Origin: Candidatus Latescibacterota bacterium
GTDB taxonomy: Bacteria; Latescibacterota; UBA2968; SICM01
Assembly: GCA_965217865.1 (NCBI GenBank)
Contig: CBDCJO010000002.1
Coordinates: 1,056,001-1,120,000 of the forward strand
Direction of reading: 5' to 3'
DNA: 64,000 bases
The position numbers were made by a program, and so were the translations under genes. This document shows positions 31,775 through 42,728 of this stretch, in pieces; the first letter of the stretch is position 1; the number at the start of each line of letters is the position of its first letter. The notes beneath the pieces are model-generated. The model did no database searches and had not been told where the DNA came from. It saw nothing but the letters and a program-made list of their open reading frames with translations.

Positions 31775-32233
31775 ACAGGATTTTTGAGGAGCTTCGATTC
31801 CGGGTTAACGTGGGATTCGGTCGCCCCTTCGCTCAAAAATCTGATAATTACCGGATTCGATGCCTCCATGGACGGTCAGACCATCTACGCGAATGCACGG
31901 GATTCCTTTGTGATACAAATATCCGCCGACGGGGGGGCCAACTGGACCACGACGGAAATCAACCAGGCCAACGGTCCTGTCGCGGTTTCTCCTTCGGATT
32001 CCGACCTGGTCCTTTACGGGGGCTCGGCCAGGCTTTACAGATCTCACGACGGTCTTAGAACGACTCGTCAGGTATTGGAAGCTGGCGGGACGATCACCGA
32101 TATCGTATTCGCCCCGTCCGATCCCACCAACGTCTATACCGTTGCCGATGGATACTTCTTCTATAAAAGCACAGATTCCGGGGCCACCTTTTCCCTTGTC
32201 AGGAACATACGCTCAGATGTATTGAACAATTGA
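31775..32233 (+). pseudogene. BNR/Asp-box beta-propeller protein, C-terminal fragment
   Basis: RSFDSGLTW, SADGGANW, KSTDSGATF; no credible start. Confidence 0.75.
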
Positions 32234-32323
32234 TCCTGTGAAATACGAGTCTCTTACGGGACCTCTAATGATGTCAGAAATAGACGATGTCATTCTGAGC
32301 GCCAGCGAAGAATCTCGGTTTTA

Positions 32324-32568
32324 CAGCGCCAAAGGCGCGTTGTCCCTTAACCCAGGCGAGCTGCCCTGGGTTGTGCGAAACAATAGCGTCGTGCGGCCTG
32401 AAGGGCCGCGATAATTTCACATCGCCATCCCCATCCCTGTCCCGCATCCTGATTCATCTACGGTATGTGTGGGATGGATCCGGATCGCGGACCGTTGGCC
32501 CGCTCGATTCGACCACACTCAAGCCCAGCCCGTTGGACTGGGCCAAGGAATCACGGGCCGTTGGCCCG
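32324..32568 (+). mobile_element. Internally deleted REP-associated tyrosine transposase (RAYT/IS200-like) element with flanking hairpins
   Basis: Hairpins, then SLSRILIHL fused to RYVWD (family N- and C-termini), then three GTTG-loop hairpins; 5' part recurs at 46284-46417. Confidence 0.7.
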
Positions 32569-32641
32569 CAGATGCGTCGCCTCATAGAACCTCGCTTTCT
32601 ACCAAAAAACTAGGAAGATCCTAAAATAAAACGGAGATGAC

Positions 32642-34209
32642 ATGAATTTAGAGACCAATTTTCCCCCTTCGAAAGTCCCCCAAAGGACCTACCCCACCAC
32701 ATTGGACGAACAACTAGAAAATCTGAAATCGGATCAACTGTTGGAACGATTCGCCAGGTCCCGAAAAAAGCTTTCCTCAGACCCATATCGTCCCGTCTAC
32801 CATTATGTCAATCCCGAAGGGAGACTGAACGACCCGAACGGATTGTGTTGCTGGCAGGGACGGTATCACCTGTTTTATCAGGCCTATCCTCCCGAAGACA
32901 CGCGCCAGCACTGGGGCCACGCGATCAGCGATGACCTGGTCAACTGGACGGACCTGCCCCTGGCCATCTATCCGGGAATCGAAGAGAAATGTTTCAGCGG
33001 AAGCACTCTCGTCGAGGAAGACCGCGTCATCGCCATCTACCACGGCAAGCTTGTGGGCAACATAGTCGCTGTGTCCAGCGACCCACTCCTTCTCAACTGG
33101 GAGAAAATCCCCGGCAATCCCGTTATCCCCTTGATGGAAGCGGATGAGATGGGACGCCCCTACCGTGTGTTCGATCCCTGTATTTGGAAAGAAGCGGAGG
33201 GCTACTACTCGCTCTCCGGCAATCACTGGGACGGAACCTTCTTCGGCGACTGCAGAATGGTGCAACACCTCTTCTTCTCACAGGACCTCAGGCGTTGGAA
33301 ATATTTGGGCCCGTTCGTGGAAGGCGATATCTTCACCAGCCCGGGTGAGGATGGCGCTGTCCCCTACTTCTGGCCGATCGGCGATAAATATATCCTCGTG
33401 TTCGCCAGCCACCAGCGGGGGTCGCAATACCTGGTTGGAGATTATGACAAGCTGCATCACAAATTCAAACCCTTCGCCCACGGCCGGTTCAACTTCGGCC
33501 CCATCGATCCTGGCGGTGTCCACGCCCCATCGGTCACTCCCGATGGAGCAGGCGGCCTGTACGTCATCCATAACATCAATGGCGGCAAACCGACTGAGGT
33601 TGGGACCATATCATGTCCATCGTTCGTGTGTTGACACTGCGTGAAGACAAAACCCTGGAGATAGAGCCCATCCCCAAGATCGATTCGCTCCGATCTGACC
33701 ATCGGATCGTCGGGGAAACGAACCTGCCCGCAAATCAGGAGATCGTGCTCGAGGATGTGGCCGGGAACGCTGTAGAACTTGTCGCGGAAATCGATCCGAA
33801 AGAGGCGCGGGAAGTCTGCATCAACGTTCTCCGCTCTCCGGATAACGAGGAGCATACAGCCGTTAAATTCTACAAACATGGCCATATGAGTGCGAACAAA
33901 GATGGCCAAAAATACAGGAAAGACGCGCTTACCATCGATCCGTCCCGGTCATCCCTGCTTCCCGACGTGCTCTCACGTCCTCCGGAAGTGGCGCCCTTCG
34001 AGCTCGAAGACGGTGAAACCCTCAAGCTTCGGATCTTTATAGACAAAAGCGTGGTCGAAGTCTTCGCCAACAACAGACAGGTCCTCGCCCTCAGGGTTTA
34101 CCCCGGACGGAAGGACAGCGTGGGCGTGTCCGTCCGTGCCCAGGGTCGAGATGCCGTCCTGAAGTCCCTCGAAGCCTGGCAGATGAAGAGCATATATACG
34201 CAGGATTGA
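32642..34209 (+). CDS. Glycoside hydrolase family 32 protein; apparent frameshift near 33600
   Basis: LNDPNG, YHLFYQ, WGHA, FSGS, FDP; C-terminal LRIFIDKSVVEVF. Confidence 0.88.
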
Positions 34210-34257
34210 GTGGGGATTCCAGTCGACCGCAGAAGACAGTCTGCGAATGGGAAAATC

Positions 34258-35982
34258 ATGCCCGGACAGCACCACAGAAGAAGAAAAGGAAGACACCGCG
34301 GAGCTGCGGCAAAGGCCAACGCGGATCTGATGAGCCACGTGGTCTCCCTGGGGCTTGAAGGCGTTGAACAGTACAGAAACTGGTGCCGGGAGCACGGGTT
34401 TACAGGGGCCTTGAACAAAGGCTGGCAGGAACGGCGGAAGGAACGCACAGCCGCCAGACGGGAAGTGGGGCGAAAAAAAGTCGACGCCTCGCTCAGGAAG
34501 CACATCGAGGCCCTTGGATTGGAGACCCTCGAAGAATATAGGGCCTGGTGCCTGGCACAGGGACTGAGTCAGGGAAGCCGAAAGGCCTCCCGTCAACGCC
34601 GAAAAGAGCTGGAACTGGCCATTCGCCTGAAGAACCAGACCGTGCTGTCCGGGATGAAGCAGCACGCGCGCCGGCCTCAGACGACGATACAGCAGATCTA
34701 CGCAGGAGATGTGGATGTCGGGGAACTGCGTCTCCCCTATCTTCAAAAAGTCCAGGAGGCATTCGCGGGGCATGAAGACGATCCGCATGCCCGAAAAGCC
34801 CTCCAGAGGTTAATGAACCACTCGATGGACTACGCGGACCTCTTTGGGGTGAAGCCTGCCCTTTCCGGATTGGGTCAAGAGACCGGGAATACGTTCATTG
34901 AGGGGATGAGCGAATTGGCGAGACATCATAACGACTGGATCCGTCCGGTGGAAAACTGGCGTCCGAAAACGCACAACTCCAGACGGCAGTTCGGATCGCT
35001 TGCACGCCATCTCCTTGCGAAATATGATGTCCCCCCCTTCATGGATGCCGTGTGGCTCCTGGGAGACCGTCAGGAAGCCCGGTTGCGACAGGCATGGTTC
35101 AAGCATATAGGGGTCGGCCACAACATTTGGACCACGGATCTGCCCGTCAACCTGACCAAGAAGATGGCCCACGTCTTTCTCCATGCCCCCGCATATCAAA
35201 CGGTTGATGAAGCGTTGCGTCGCGGCCAGATCCTGGGGCTTGGAGGGGACGAGCGTTTGGTGCGGGAGGTGATCGGGACCCGTCTTGGCGCCTCGTTTGA
35301 AAACGAGGCCTTCTGGAGCACCGTGATCCATTTCTTTGTGAACCACCCGTTCCTGGATCCGGATCAGGTGGGACCGATCGTGGACTACATCCACAACCAG
35401 AAGTACGTGCCCCAGGAGATCGTGGGCCCGGGGGGCGTGATCGAGCACGGAAATCCTCCTCAACCCAACTTCGCGATGAAAGGTCGGAGCGTGAATAAGC
35501 TGGTCCGTCTGGTCGAGGGTTGGCACCGCCGGCTGGGAAAGGAAACGCGGATCCCGAATAAGCAATGGTCCCCTTCAACCATATTCCCCTTTAACCTCAC
35601 TGAAAAGAAGGGCGGCGCAGGTGTGGAGGTTCGCTGGTCCATTCAGGAATTACTCTCAACTCGGGAACTCACGGCCGAAGGGCGAGTCATGCACCACTGC
35701 GTCGGGTCATACGCGAATAACTGTCAACGCGGAAAAACATCGGTCTGGTCGATGCAGGTGGAGGACACCGAGGGGGTAAATCTTCGGGTGATGACAATCG
35801 CCCTTAAGAACCGGAACATCTCTCAGGCGCGCGGCAAATACAATGCACTGCCCAGCGGAAAGATCCGGAGCGGAAAGCAGCGCGCGATGGCGAAATTATA
35901 TCGGGAATACCTGAAGCAATCCAGACGAATCCTGCACCTGTGGGTCGAACAGGAAGGCCTTTTAATGCCCCGATATGTCTAG
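34258..35982 (+). CDS. PcfJ-domain protein
   Basis: C-terminal ELTAEGRVMHHCVGSY...SVWSM...ISQARGKYN; HLLAKYDVPPFM. Confidence 0.85.
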   Translation: MPGQHHRRRKGRHRGAAAKANADLMSHVVSLGLEGVEQYRNWCREHGFTGALNKGWQERRKERTAARREVGRKKVDASLRKHIEALGLETLEEYRAWCLAQGLSQGSRKASRQRRKELELAIRLKNQTVLSGMKQHARRPQTTIQQIYAGDVDVGELRLPYLQKVQEAFAGHEDDPHARKALQRLMNHSMDYADLFGVKPALSGLGQETGNTFIEGMSELARHHNDWIRPVENWRPKTHNSRRQFGSLARHLLAKYDVPPFMDAVWLLGDRQEARLRQAWFKHIGVGHNIWTTDLPVNLTKKMAHVFLHAPAYQTVDEALRRGQILGLGGDERLVREVIGTRLGASFENEAFWSTVIHFFVNHPFLDPDQVGPIVDYIHNQKYVPQEIVGPGGVIEHGNPPQPNFAMKGRSVNKLVRLVEGWHRRLGKETRIPNKQWSPSTIFPFNLTEKKGGAGVEVRWSIQELLSTRELTAEGRVMHHCVGSYANNCQRGKTSVWSMQVEDTEGVNLRVMTIALKNRNISQARGKYNALPSGKIRSGKQRAMAKLYREYLKQSRRILHLWVEQEGLLMPRYV

Positions 35983-36029
35983 CGGACCACGTTCGCCTAA
36001 ACAAAAGTGAATCGAAGGGGAGTTGCTCA

Positions 36030-37783
36030 TTGATAGGCGATTTTTTCACATTCGCAAAGAACCGCCGGACCGCCTGCACCATCGTCGTGGGTTCAAAAAG
36101 CGACAAAGAAGAAATGGATTCCGCCTGTGTCCTGGTAAACGCCATCAGAGAACTGAGTGGGACGGGACCTGACGTAATCGAACAAGGTGAGATCCAGAAA
36201 ACCGATGGCCTGGTCCTGATAGGCACCTTGCGATCCAATCCCATCATACTGGCTGAAGAGTCCGTCATAACAACACAGAAAGAAATCGAAGCGTCGGGCT
36301 ATGTGCGAAAGCTCTCCTCCGAGGACCTCGGTCCCCAGGGCTTTGTGATTTACAAGCCCGGCAAAAAGGACGGCCCTTTTTCCGATTCCCTTGTCCTGAC
36401 AGCAAACACATCCACCGGTCTGTTCTACGCCGTCAGCACGCTGGTGGACCGGCTCCACAATGAAGACGGTCGCTTGATCGTGGACGGTTTGAACACCAGA
36501 CTGATCCCAGTCGTCAATCTGCCTGCCTTTGCACACCGAAGTGTTTTCACCGGCCTGGGAGGCCCGGAGTGGATGGGGCCAGGACAGTATATGAAGGAGT
36601 TCGGCTACGACTACAAGGCGTTCATAGACTGGCTGTCCGAGCACAAATTCAACAATCTCCTGATCCACAACTTTGCGAATCTCTGTTGGGGGATAAACTA
36701 TGAATCAGAACGGTTCCCCGAGCTGATAAATCGTTTCCACCCCAACGTGAAGCAAGAGTTTATGGGTGAGCTGATCCGATATGCACACGAGCGACACATT
36801 GAGATCTTCTTCGGCATGGACATACCCGACAACTGGTCCGGTTTTATCAACGTTTATCCGGACCTGGCGGGAGCAAACGTAGACTGGGAATACTTTCCCA
36901 GGGGTCAGGATTGGGATGCCTTTGCGGAAGGGACAGGTGATTGGCGGCCAGTTGGGTTTGTCTCACTCAGCCTCGCGTGAAGGCGTTCTGGCGGGATTAC
37001 TGGACCGAAGTCCTTGACCGTTATCCGGAAGTCGACGGGATCGGCGGGCAGTTCAGCGAGCACCTCAATATATGTAATTGTGAGAGATGCTCACGGGCGG
37101 GATTTTTTGATCTGGCCACGGAATATTTCGGAACGATGGAGGAACTCGCTCGATCCAGGAATCCCGACCTCAAGCTCTGGCTCTGGGGGGTCCCCGGTGT
37201 TCGGGATATCATAAAGCGCAAGTCGGAAATACCCAACCTGGTACTCATTGACTGGGGGCTGAGCTTTCAGCCATTCTTTTTGAATCAAATCGTGCCCAAG
37301 AGCGATTGGTACCTGTGCCACGGAGGCGGTCATATCCTCGACTTTGCAATCAAGCGGTTTTGCACCACCTTCAACAGACTCGGGCTCAAAGGGGTCCAAA
37401 TCCGTGGTGTGGAGTTCAAGGAGGGGGACCGAAATTATCAGTCCTTCGAGGAGTTTATGTGGAACCCGCAGCTCTCCCTGGAGGATTATGCGCATCACTA
37501 CACGATCAAACAACTCAGGAAAAAGGACAAAAAAGTAACCGATGCATATTACTACCTGATTAAGGCACAGGGTTACTCCGAACTCCTCAGTTACCAGGGC
37601 GGTGAACCCGGCGCGACCACGTGGTGCCGAGAAGAGCAGTACACGGAAAAATTCGAAACCGCACTCAAAAGGTTGAAGGAAATCCTGGAAGGTATATCCA
37701 CAGATCACCCATTCGTCAGGTGGCTCAGAGTTCAGGGTGAGATCATCGATTCTACATCACCACAACCGGATCATCCTGATTAG
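36030..37783 (+). CDS. Putative glycoside hydrolase (GH20/GH67-like N-terminal domain plus TIM barrel); apparent frameshift near 36950
   Basis: LGPQGFVI, GLFYAVSTL, PAFAHRS, FIDWLSEHKFN, LIRYAHERHIEI, RYPEVDGI. Confidence 0.6.
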
Positions 37784-37854
37784 TGTACCCTTTCCGGGAA
37801 TGTCTCCCAACCTGATCCTACCGCGGCCTTTGCTTCACTCAGGAGTAACAAAAA

Positions 37855-39334
37855 GTGACACAATCTGAAAAGAAATCCAGAATCGCCGAGCTGGTTCGGA
37901 ACGACCCGCAGGCTCCCCGGTATCATTTCATCGCCCCCGAAGGCCCTTGCGCCCCGTTCGATCCGAACGGGGCGATCTTTTGGGAAAGGGAACTACCACC
38001 TCTTCTACATATTTCAAGACGAGGCATTGCCTCAGGGGGGACACTGTTGGGGCCACGCTTCGAGCCCCGACATGTTGCACTGGACGTTCCATCCCACACG
38101 CCTTGGCACCGGGTCCGGACGATCCTGATGTCGGAATATTCAGTGGCGGCGCGTTCGTGAATAAGAACGGAGTCCCGACCATCATCTATCACGGCGTTAA
38201 GGCGGGGACCTGTATCGCCACCGCCGAGGACGACGACCTGATCCGCTGGCGAAAAAGCCCTCACAATCCCGTAATCCCGATCCCGAAAGAAGGAGATGAA
38301 GGCTGGGGGGTTTATAACGTGTTCGACCCCCACGCCTGGATGGATGGCGATACCACCTATGTCATACTCGGCGGCATGGTGAAACCGCACGACATCCGTG
38401 ATACAGCTTATCTGTTCAAATCATCGGATCTGATCCAATGGGACTATGTGGGACCTTTTTATAACCCGGATCCCGACTGGACAGACGAGAGTGAAGACTG
38501 CGCGTGCCCGGACTTCTTCAAAATTGATGATCGACACATGCTTCTCTGCATCAGCCACCGGCGCGGGACACGCTACTATCTGGGGGGCTTCAAAACGGGA
38601 CGTTTGTCCCCGAGGAGCACCATCGCATGAACTGGCCCGGCGGTTCCTGTTTTGCGCCGGAAAGCCTGTTGGATGACCGCGGTCGGCTCATCTTCTGGGC
38701 GTGGGTGCTTGACCAGCGCAAGGGTGAGGGGGTCGTGGCAAGGGAACTCGGCGTGATGGCCTTACCCAGAATGTTGTCACTGGACCCCCACGGGCGCCTC
38801 CGGATCGAACCCCCGGAGGAATTGGAATCACTTCGACGAAATCACCGTCGTAGGGAGAGCCTCTCCGTAGACCCCGATCAGGAGATGCGCCTTGACGACA
38901 TCGAAGGCGACGTCATCGAGCTAAATCTGGAGGCGTCTGTTCCCGCGGGTGGTCTGTTCGGGTTAAAGGTGCGCGTGACACCCGATTCTACAGAGCAGAC
39001 AGTCATCACCGTGGACACATCGGCTAATACCCTTTCGATCGATACGACACGTTCGAGCCTGAATCCGAAGATCTTTCAACGATATCCGATCACCCGGGGA
39101 GATGGGGGACAGGATGTACGCATCCAGACTGCTCCGTTCGAGCTGAGCTCCGGTGAACCCCTCCGGTTGCGAATTTTTCTGGACAAATCGATACTCGAGG
39201 TGTATGCCAACCGCCGCCAATGCGTCACTCAGAGAATCTACCCGACCAGGGAGGACAGCCTCGGTCTTGTCCTGTTCAGCAGTGGCGGAACGACGAGGGT
39301 GGATTCGATAGACGCGTGGGACATGGCGTGCTGA
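37855..39334 (+). CDS. Second GH32 protein, several apparent frameshifts (about 37980-38100 and 38590)
   Basis: PRYHFIAP, FDPNG, FSGG, FDP, CACPDFF, FAPES, LRIFLDKSILEVY spread over several frames. Confidence 0.82.
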
Positions 39335-39374
39335 AACACCGATTGAACTTCTTGAGCAGGTTGTTCCCTTGGAC

Positions 39375-40592
39375 ATGAAATGGCGTATATTATTTACGCT
39401 TTCATTGGCGGAGTTGCTCGGAATGGCATTGTGGTTCTCGGCCTCCGCCGTGTCACCCGCATTGACGGCCGAGTGGGGCCTGGACGACGCCGGCAGGGCA
39501 TGGTTGACCATCTCGGTACAAATCGGGTTTGTGGTTGGCACATTTATAAGCGCCCTCCTGAATCTCTCCGACGTTTTCAATGCGCGATACCTCTTTTCGA
39601 TAAGCGCGTTTTCGGGAGCGATTTTTAACGGCGCCATCGGTTTGTTCGTAAACAGCATCGAACCCGCCCTTGCGCTGCGTTTTTTTACCGGTGTTTGTCT
39701 TGCGGGTGTTTATCCCCCCGGCATGAAAATTATGGCCTCCTGGTTCAAAGAGGGGCGAGGGATGGCAATCGGTATGCTGGTAGGTGCATTGACGATCGGA
39801 TCTGCTTTGCCCCACCTGTTGAAAGTCCTCGGAAATCCGGATTGGCGGGAGATGATGATCACGGCCTCCATCTCGTCCCTCATCGCAGGCCTGATCTGTC
39901 TCATTTATGTAAAAGATGGTCCCTACTTCGCCAGAGGGGCCAAGTTCGACTGGCGCGTAGTCGGACGGGCGTTCAGCGATCAAGGCGTTCGGCTGGCGAA
40001 TTTCGGATATTTGGGCCACATGTGGGAGCTGTATGCGGTTTGGACGTGGATACCGATATTCCTCTTCGAAAGTTTCAGGGAAAGCGGTCTGGCCTCTGCG
40101 TCTGCGTGGTCCGCGGTCGGCGGATTCGCTGTCATCGGAATTGGAGGGATCGGGTGCGTCATCGCGGGCATCCTCGCCGATCGTTTTGGCCGCACGACGA
40201 TTACGATCGTATCGATGCTCATCAGCGGCTCATGCTGCATTGCGGCCGGGATGTTTTACGGCGGCAGTCCTTTTCTTCTCCTGATCGTGTGTCTCATTTG
40301 GGGATTTGCCATCGTCTCAGATTCAGCGCAGTTTTCAGCAAGTGTTACCGAGCTGGCGGACCCCTCTTATATCGGCACCGCACTGACCCTGCAAACATGC
40401 TTGGGCTTTTCGTTGACCCTGATCTCCATTCGGTTGATTCCTGTATTGGTCGAATGGGTGTCCTGGCAGTGGGTTTTTGCGTTTCTCGCCATCGGACCTT
40501 TCTTGGGCATCCTGTCGATGGGTCGCCTCAAGCGCCTTCCAGTGGCTGAAAAAATTGGGGGTGAAAATAGGACCTCAATTTCAAGGGTTTGA
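39375..40592 (+). CDS. MFS transporter
   Basis: About 12 TMs; LWFSASAV, YPPGMK, GHMWELYA, ADRFGR, DSAQFSA. Confidence 0.93.
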   Translation: MKWRILFTLSLAELLGMALWFSASAVSPALTAEWGLDDAGRAWLTISVQIGFVVGTFISALLNLSDVFNARYLFSISAFSGAIFNGAIGLFVNSIEPALALRFFTGVCLAGVYPPGMKIMASWFKEGRGMAIGMLVGALTIGSALPHLLKVLGNPDWREMMITASISSLIAGLICLIYVKDGPYFARGAKFDWRVVGRAFSDQGVRLANFGYLGHMWELYAVWTWIPIFLFESFRESGLASASAWSAVGGFAVIGIGGIGCVIAGILADRFGRTTITIVSMLISGSCCIAAGMFYGGSPFLLLIVCLIWGFAIVSDSAQFSASVTELADPSYIGTALTLQTCLGFSLTLISIRLIPVLVEWVSWQWVFAFLAIGPFLGILSMGRLKRLPVAEKIGGENRTSISRV

Positions 40593-40627
40593 CGAACCAC
40601 GCATCGGATTCAATTAGGAGAAAGACT

Positions 40628-41629
40628 ATGGCGAAAGGATTCCAGGCATCCATCCTAGGGACAAACGTAATCTGCAAAGAACCCGGAAGGTACATCGGAT
40701 GGCCAACGATCACCAGGACACGGGGCGGGGAGCTGATCGTCGTCTTTTCCGGAGATCGTGATCTCCACATCTGCCCCTGGGGCAAGACGGAGCTTGTCCG
40801 GAGTCCGGATATGGGGAAAACCTGGACCGCTCCCGTAACCATTAGAAATACCCCGCTCGACGATCGCGATGCCGGAATTATAGAGACTCTGAGCGGGACC
40901 CTCCTGGTCAGCTGGTTTACATCCCTGGCCTTCGAGCGAAAACCCGATTACGTCAATCACGCCAAAACCCTGACTCCGGAGATGCGGGAAAAGTGGCTCG
41001 GCAACTGGGTCCACCGCTCTGAAGACGGGGGTAATACCTGGATCGAACCCGTCAGAACGCACGTGACCGCACCCCACGGTCCGATTCAGACGAAAGACGG
41101 CCGGTTGATCTATCTTGGTAACTTGGAAGTAGATGGAGAACTGGGTGTCGCCGCGGAGGCATCCAAGGACGAAGGAAGGAACTGGGAGGTGATGGGAATC
41201 ATTCCGCTTACGGATCATCTACGGTTGAACGAACTCTGCGAGCCGCACCTCGTAGAAATCCCGGACGGCCGGCTTATCGGAATGTTCCGAAGTGAAGCAC
41301 CCGATTTAAATCAGCGCTACCTCTATCAGTCCGAGAGCTCCGACGGCGGACGCACCTGGGCGGAGCCTTGGATTACCCCCATCTGGGGTTATCCGCCTCA
41401 TCTGATCCGGCTGAGCAACGGATTGCTGATCGTCGTATACGGCAGACGCCTTCCACCGTATGGCGAACGGGCTTGCATCAGTCGAGACGACGGCGCGACG
41501 TGGGGCACCGAAAATGAGATCACGATATCCGAAGCGCCGAACGGCGATCTCGGCTATCCGGCCTCCGCTGAGCTCGAAGACGGCTCGATCCTGACCGTCT
41601 ACTATCAGATCGACCGGCCCGGCGATTAA
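40628..41629 (+). CDS. Sialidase-like BNR/Asp-box protein
   Basis: Five SxDxGxxW boxes; DDRDAG, EPH, DLGYP. Confidence 0.88.
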   Translation: MAKGFQASILGTNVICKEPGRYIGWPTITRTRGGELIVVFSGDRDLHICPWGKTELVRSPDMGKTWTAPVTIRNTPLDDRDAGIIETLSGTLLVSWFTSLAFERKPDYVNHAKTLTPEMREKWLGNWVHRSEDGGNTWIEPVRTHVTAPHGPIQTKDGRLIYLGNLEVDGELGVAAEASKDEGRNWEVMGIIPLTDHLRLNELCEPHLVEIPDGRLIGMFRSEAPDLNQRYLYQSESSDGGRTWAEPWITPIWGYPPHLIRLSNGLLIVVYGRRLPPYGERACISRDDGATWGTENEITISEAPNGDLGYPASAELEDGSILTVYYQIDRPGD

Positions 41630-41735
41630 GGGGCATAAGGGTGCGGCCTACTTCTGTGCTCAACTCAGTTTCGGTCCGCATTTCAAATCAAAATGATTTC
41701 TACTTGAATGTCAAGACCTTTTTAACTGCAACAAC

Positions 41736-41827
41736 ATCAATCTTCCAATTTTCAATCTTAAATCTTCAATTTCCTCTGACCCCCGACCCCCGATCCCCAA
41801 TCCTCAATCTTCAATCTTCAATTTCAA
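41736..41827. repeat. Degenerate 7-bp tandem repeat tract between convergent genes
   Basis: TCAATCT, ACCCCCG and ATCTTCA units with period 7; similar short tracts near 14790-14820, 50620-50648 and 52160-52190. Confidence 0.7.
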
Positions 41828-42697
41828 AGAGTCCTGTGCCAATTCGAGAACCTCCAGAGACTGCTCCCTGGTGACGTTTGGAAAATCGTTTAAAAACCCC
41901 TCAAGGCTGTCCCCCGATTCCAGATAATCGATCAGAGTCTTGACCGGTACCCGGGTACCTTTGAAGACCGGCGTCCCTCCGAGAACCTCCCTGGACGATT
42001 CGATCACCCGATCCATCCGCAGCGTCCTGCTCTCGGGCCCGGGGCTGTCTTCTTTTTCAGCGCCCCCTTCTTTTTTCTCCCTCCGCCTCTTCGCCGCAAG
42101 TGACCTCTTGAGACTCGTCAGAAGTTCATCCGCCTTTTTGCCCTCTTCATCGGAGGCCAGGTCCTGATACCTGGAAAGGGCATCCACTGCCGGTCCGTAG
42201 TCCTCGTTCATCGCGTGGACCAGTCCCAGATTGAAATAGATATTCGCGGAGCCGGGTTCGATCTCCGCGGAGATCTCATAGTGCAGTCTGGCTAGCCTCA
42301 AATCCCCGGCCTCGAAATATAAGTTCGCCAGGTTAAAGTGTGATTCCACGTGCCGCGAATCGTGTTTCAAGGAACTCGTGAAGCATTCGATCGCCTTCAC
42401 GGCTCGTCCGCTCTGGGACTCCAGGACCCCCAGGTTGCAGTAGGCGTCCGCCGTACAGTCACCATCCGAGATCGCCTTCCGGTAAAGATCCCTGGCCCTC
42501 GGGTTTCCCTCTTCGTCCAGAATCAACGCCTCTTCGAACGGGCTGAACGATGTGGGCAGCGGGACGATTTTTCCACCCGGAGCGGCGAAGAGGTTGAACT
42601 GGCCGAGGGACTCAAGATCGATCTTTTTGCGTTTCTTGACCCGCTTGAAACCGAATTTGGACGGAACCCTGGCCGGGAATTTAAGTATTTTTGCCAT
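41804..42697 (-). CDS. TPR-repeat protein with C-terminal DUF433 (antitoxin-like HTH) domain
   Basis: DAYCNLGVL, SHFNLANLY, IYFNLGLV; VLGGTPVFKGTRVPVKTLIDYLESGDSLEGFLNDFP. Confidence 0.88.
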   Translation of the reverse strand: MAKILKFPARVPSKFGFKRVKKRKKIDLESLGQFNLFAAPGGKIVPLPTSFSPFEEALILDEEGNPRARDLYRKAISDGDCTADAYCNLGVLESQSGRAVKAIECFTSSLKHDSRHVESHFNLANLYFEAGDLRLARLHYEISAEIEPGSANIYFNLGLVHAMNEDYGPAVDALSRYQDLASDEEGKKADELLTSLKRSLAAKRRREKKEGGAEKEDSPGPESRTLRMDRVIESSREVLGGTPVFKGTRVPVKTLIDYLESGDSLEGFLNDFPNVTREQSLEVLELAQDSLKLKIED

Positions 42698-42728
42698 AGA
42701 TGCTCTCGACTTGTCTTTTCAAAGAACC

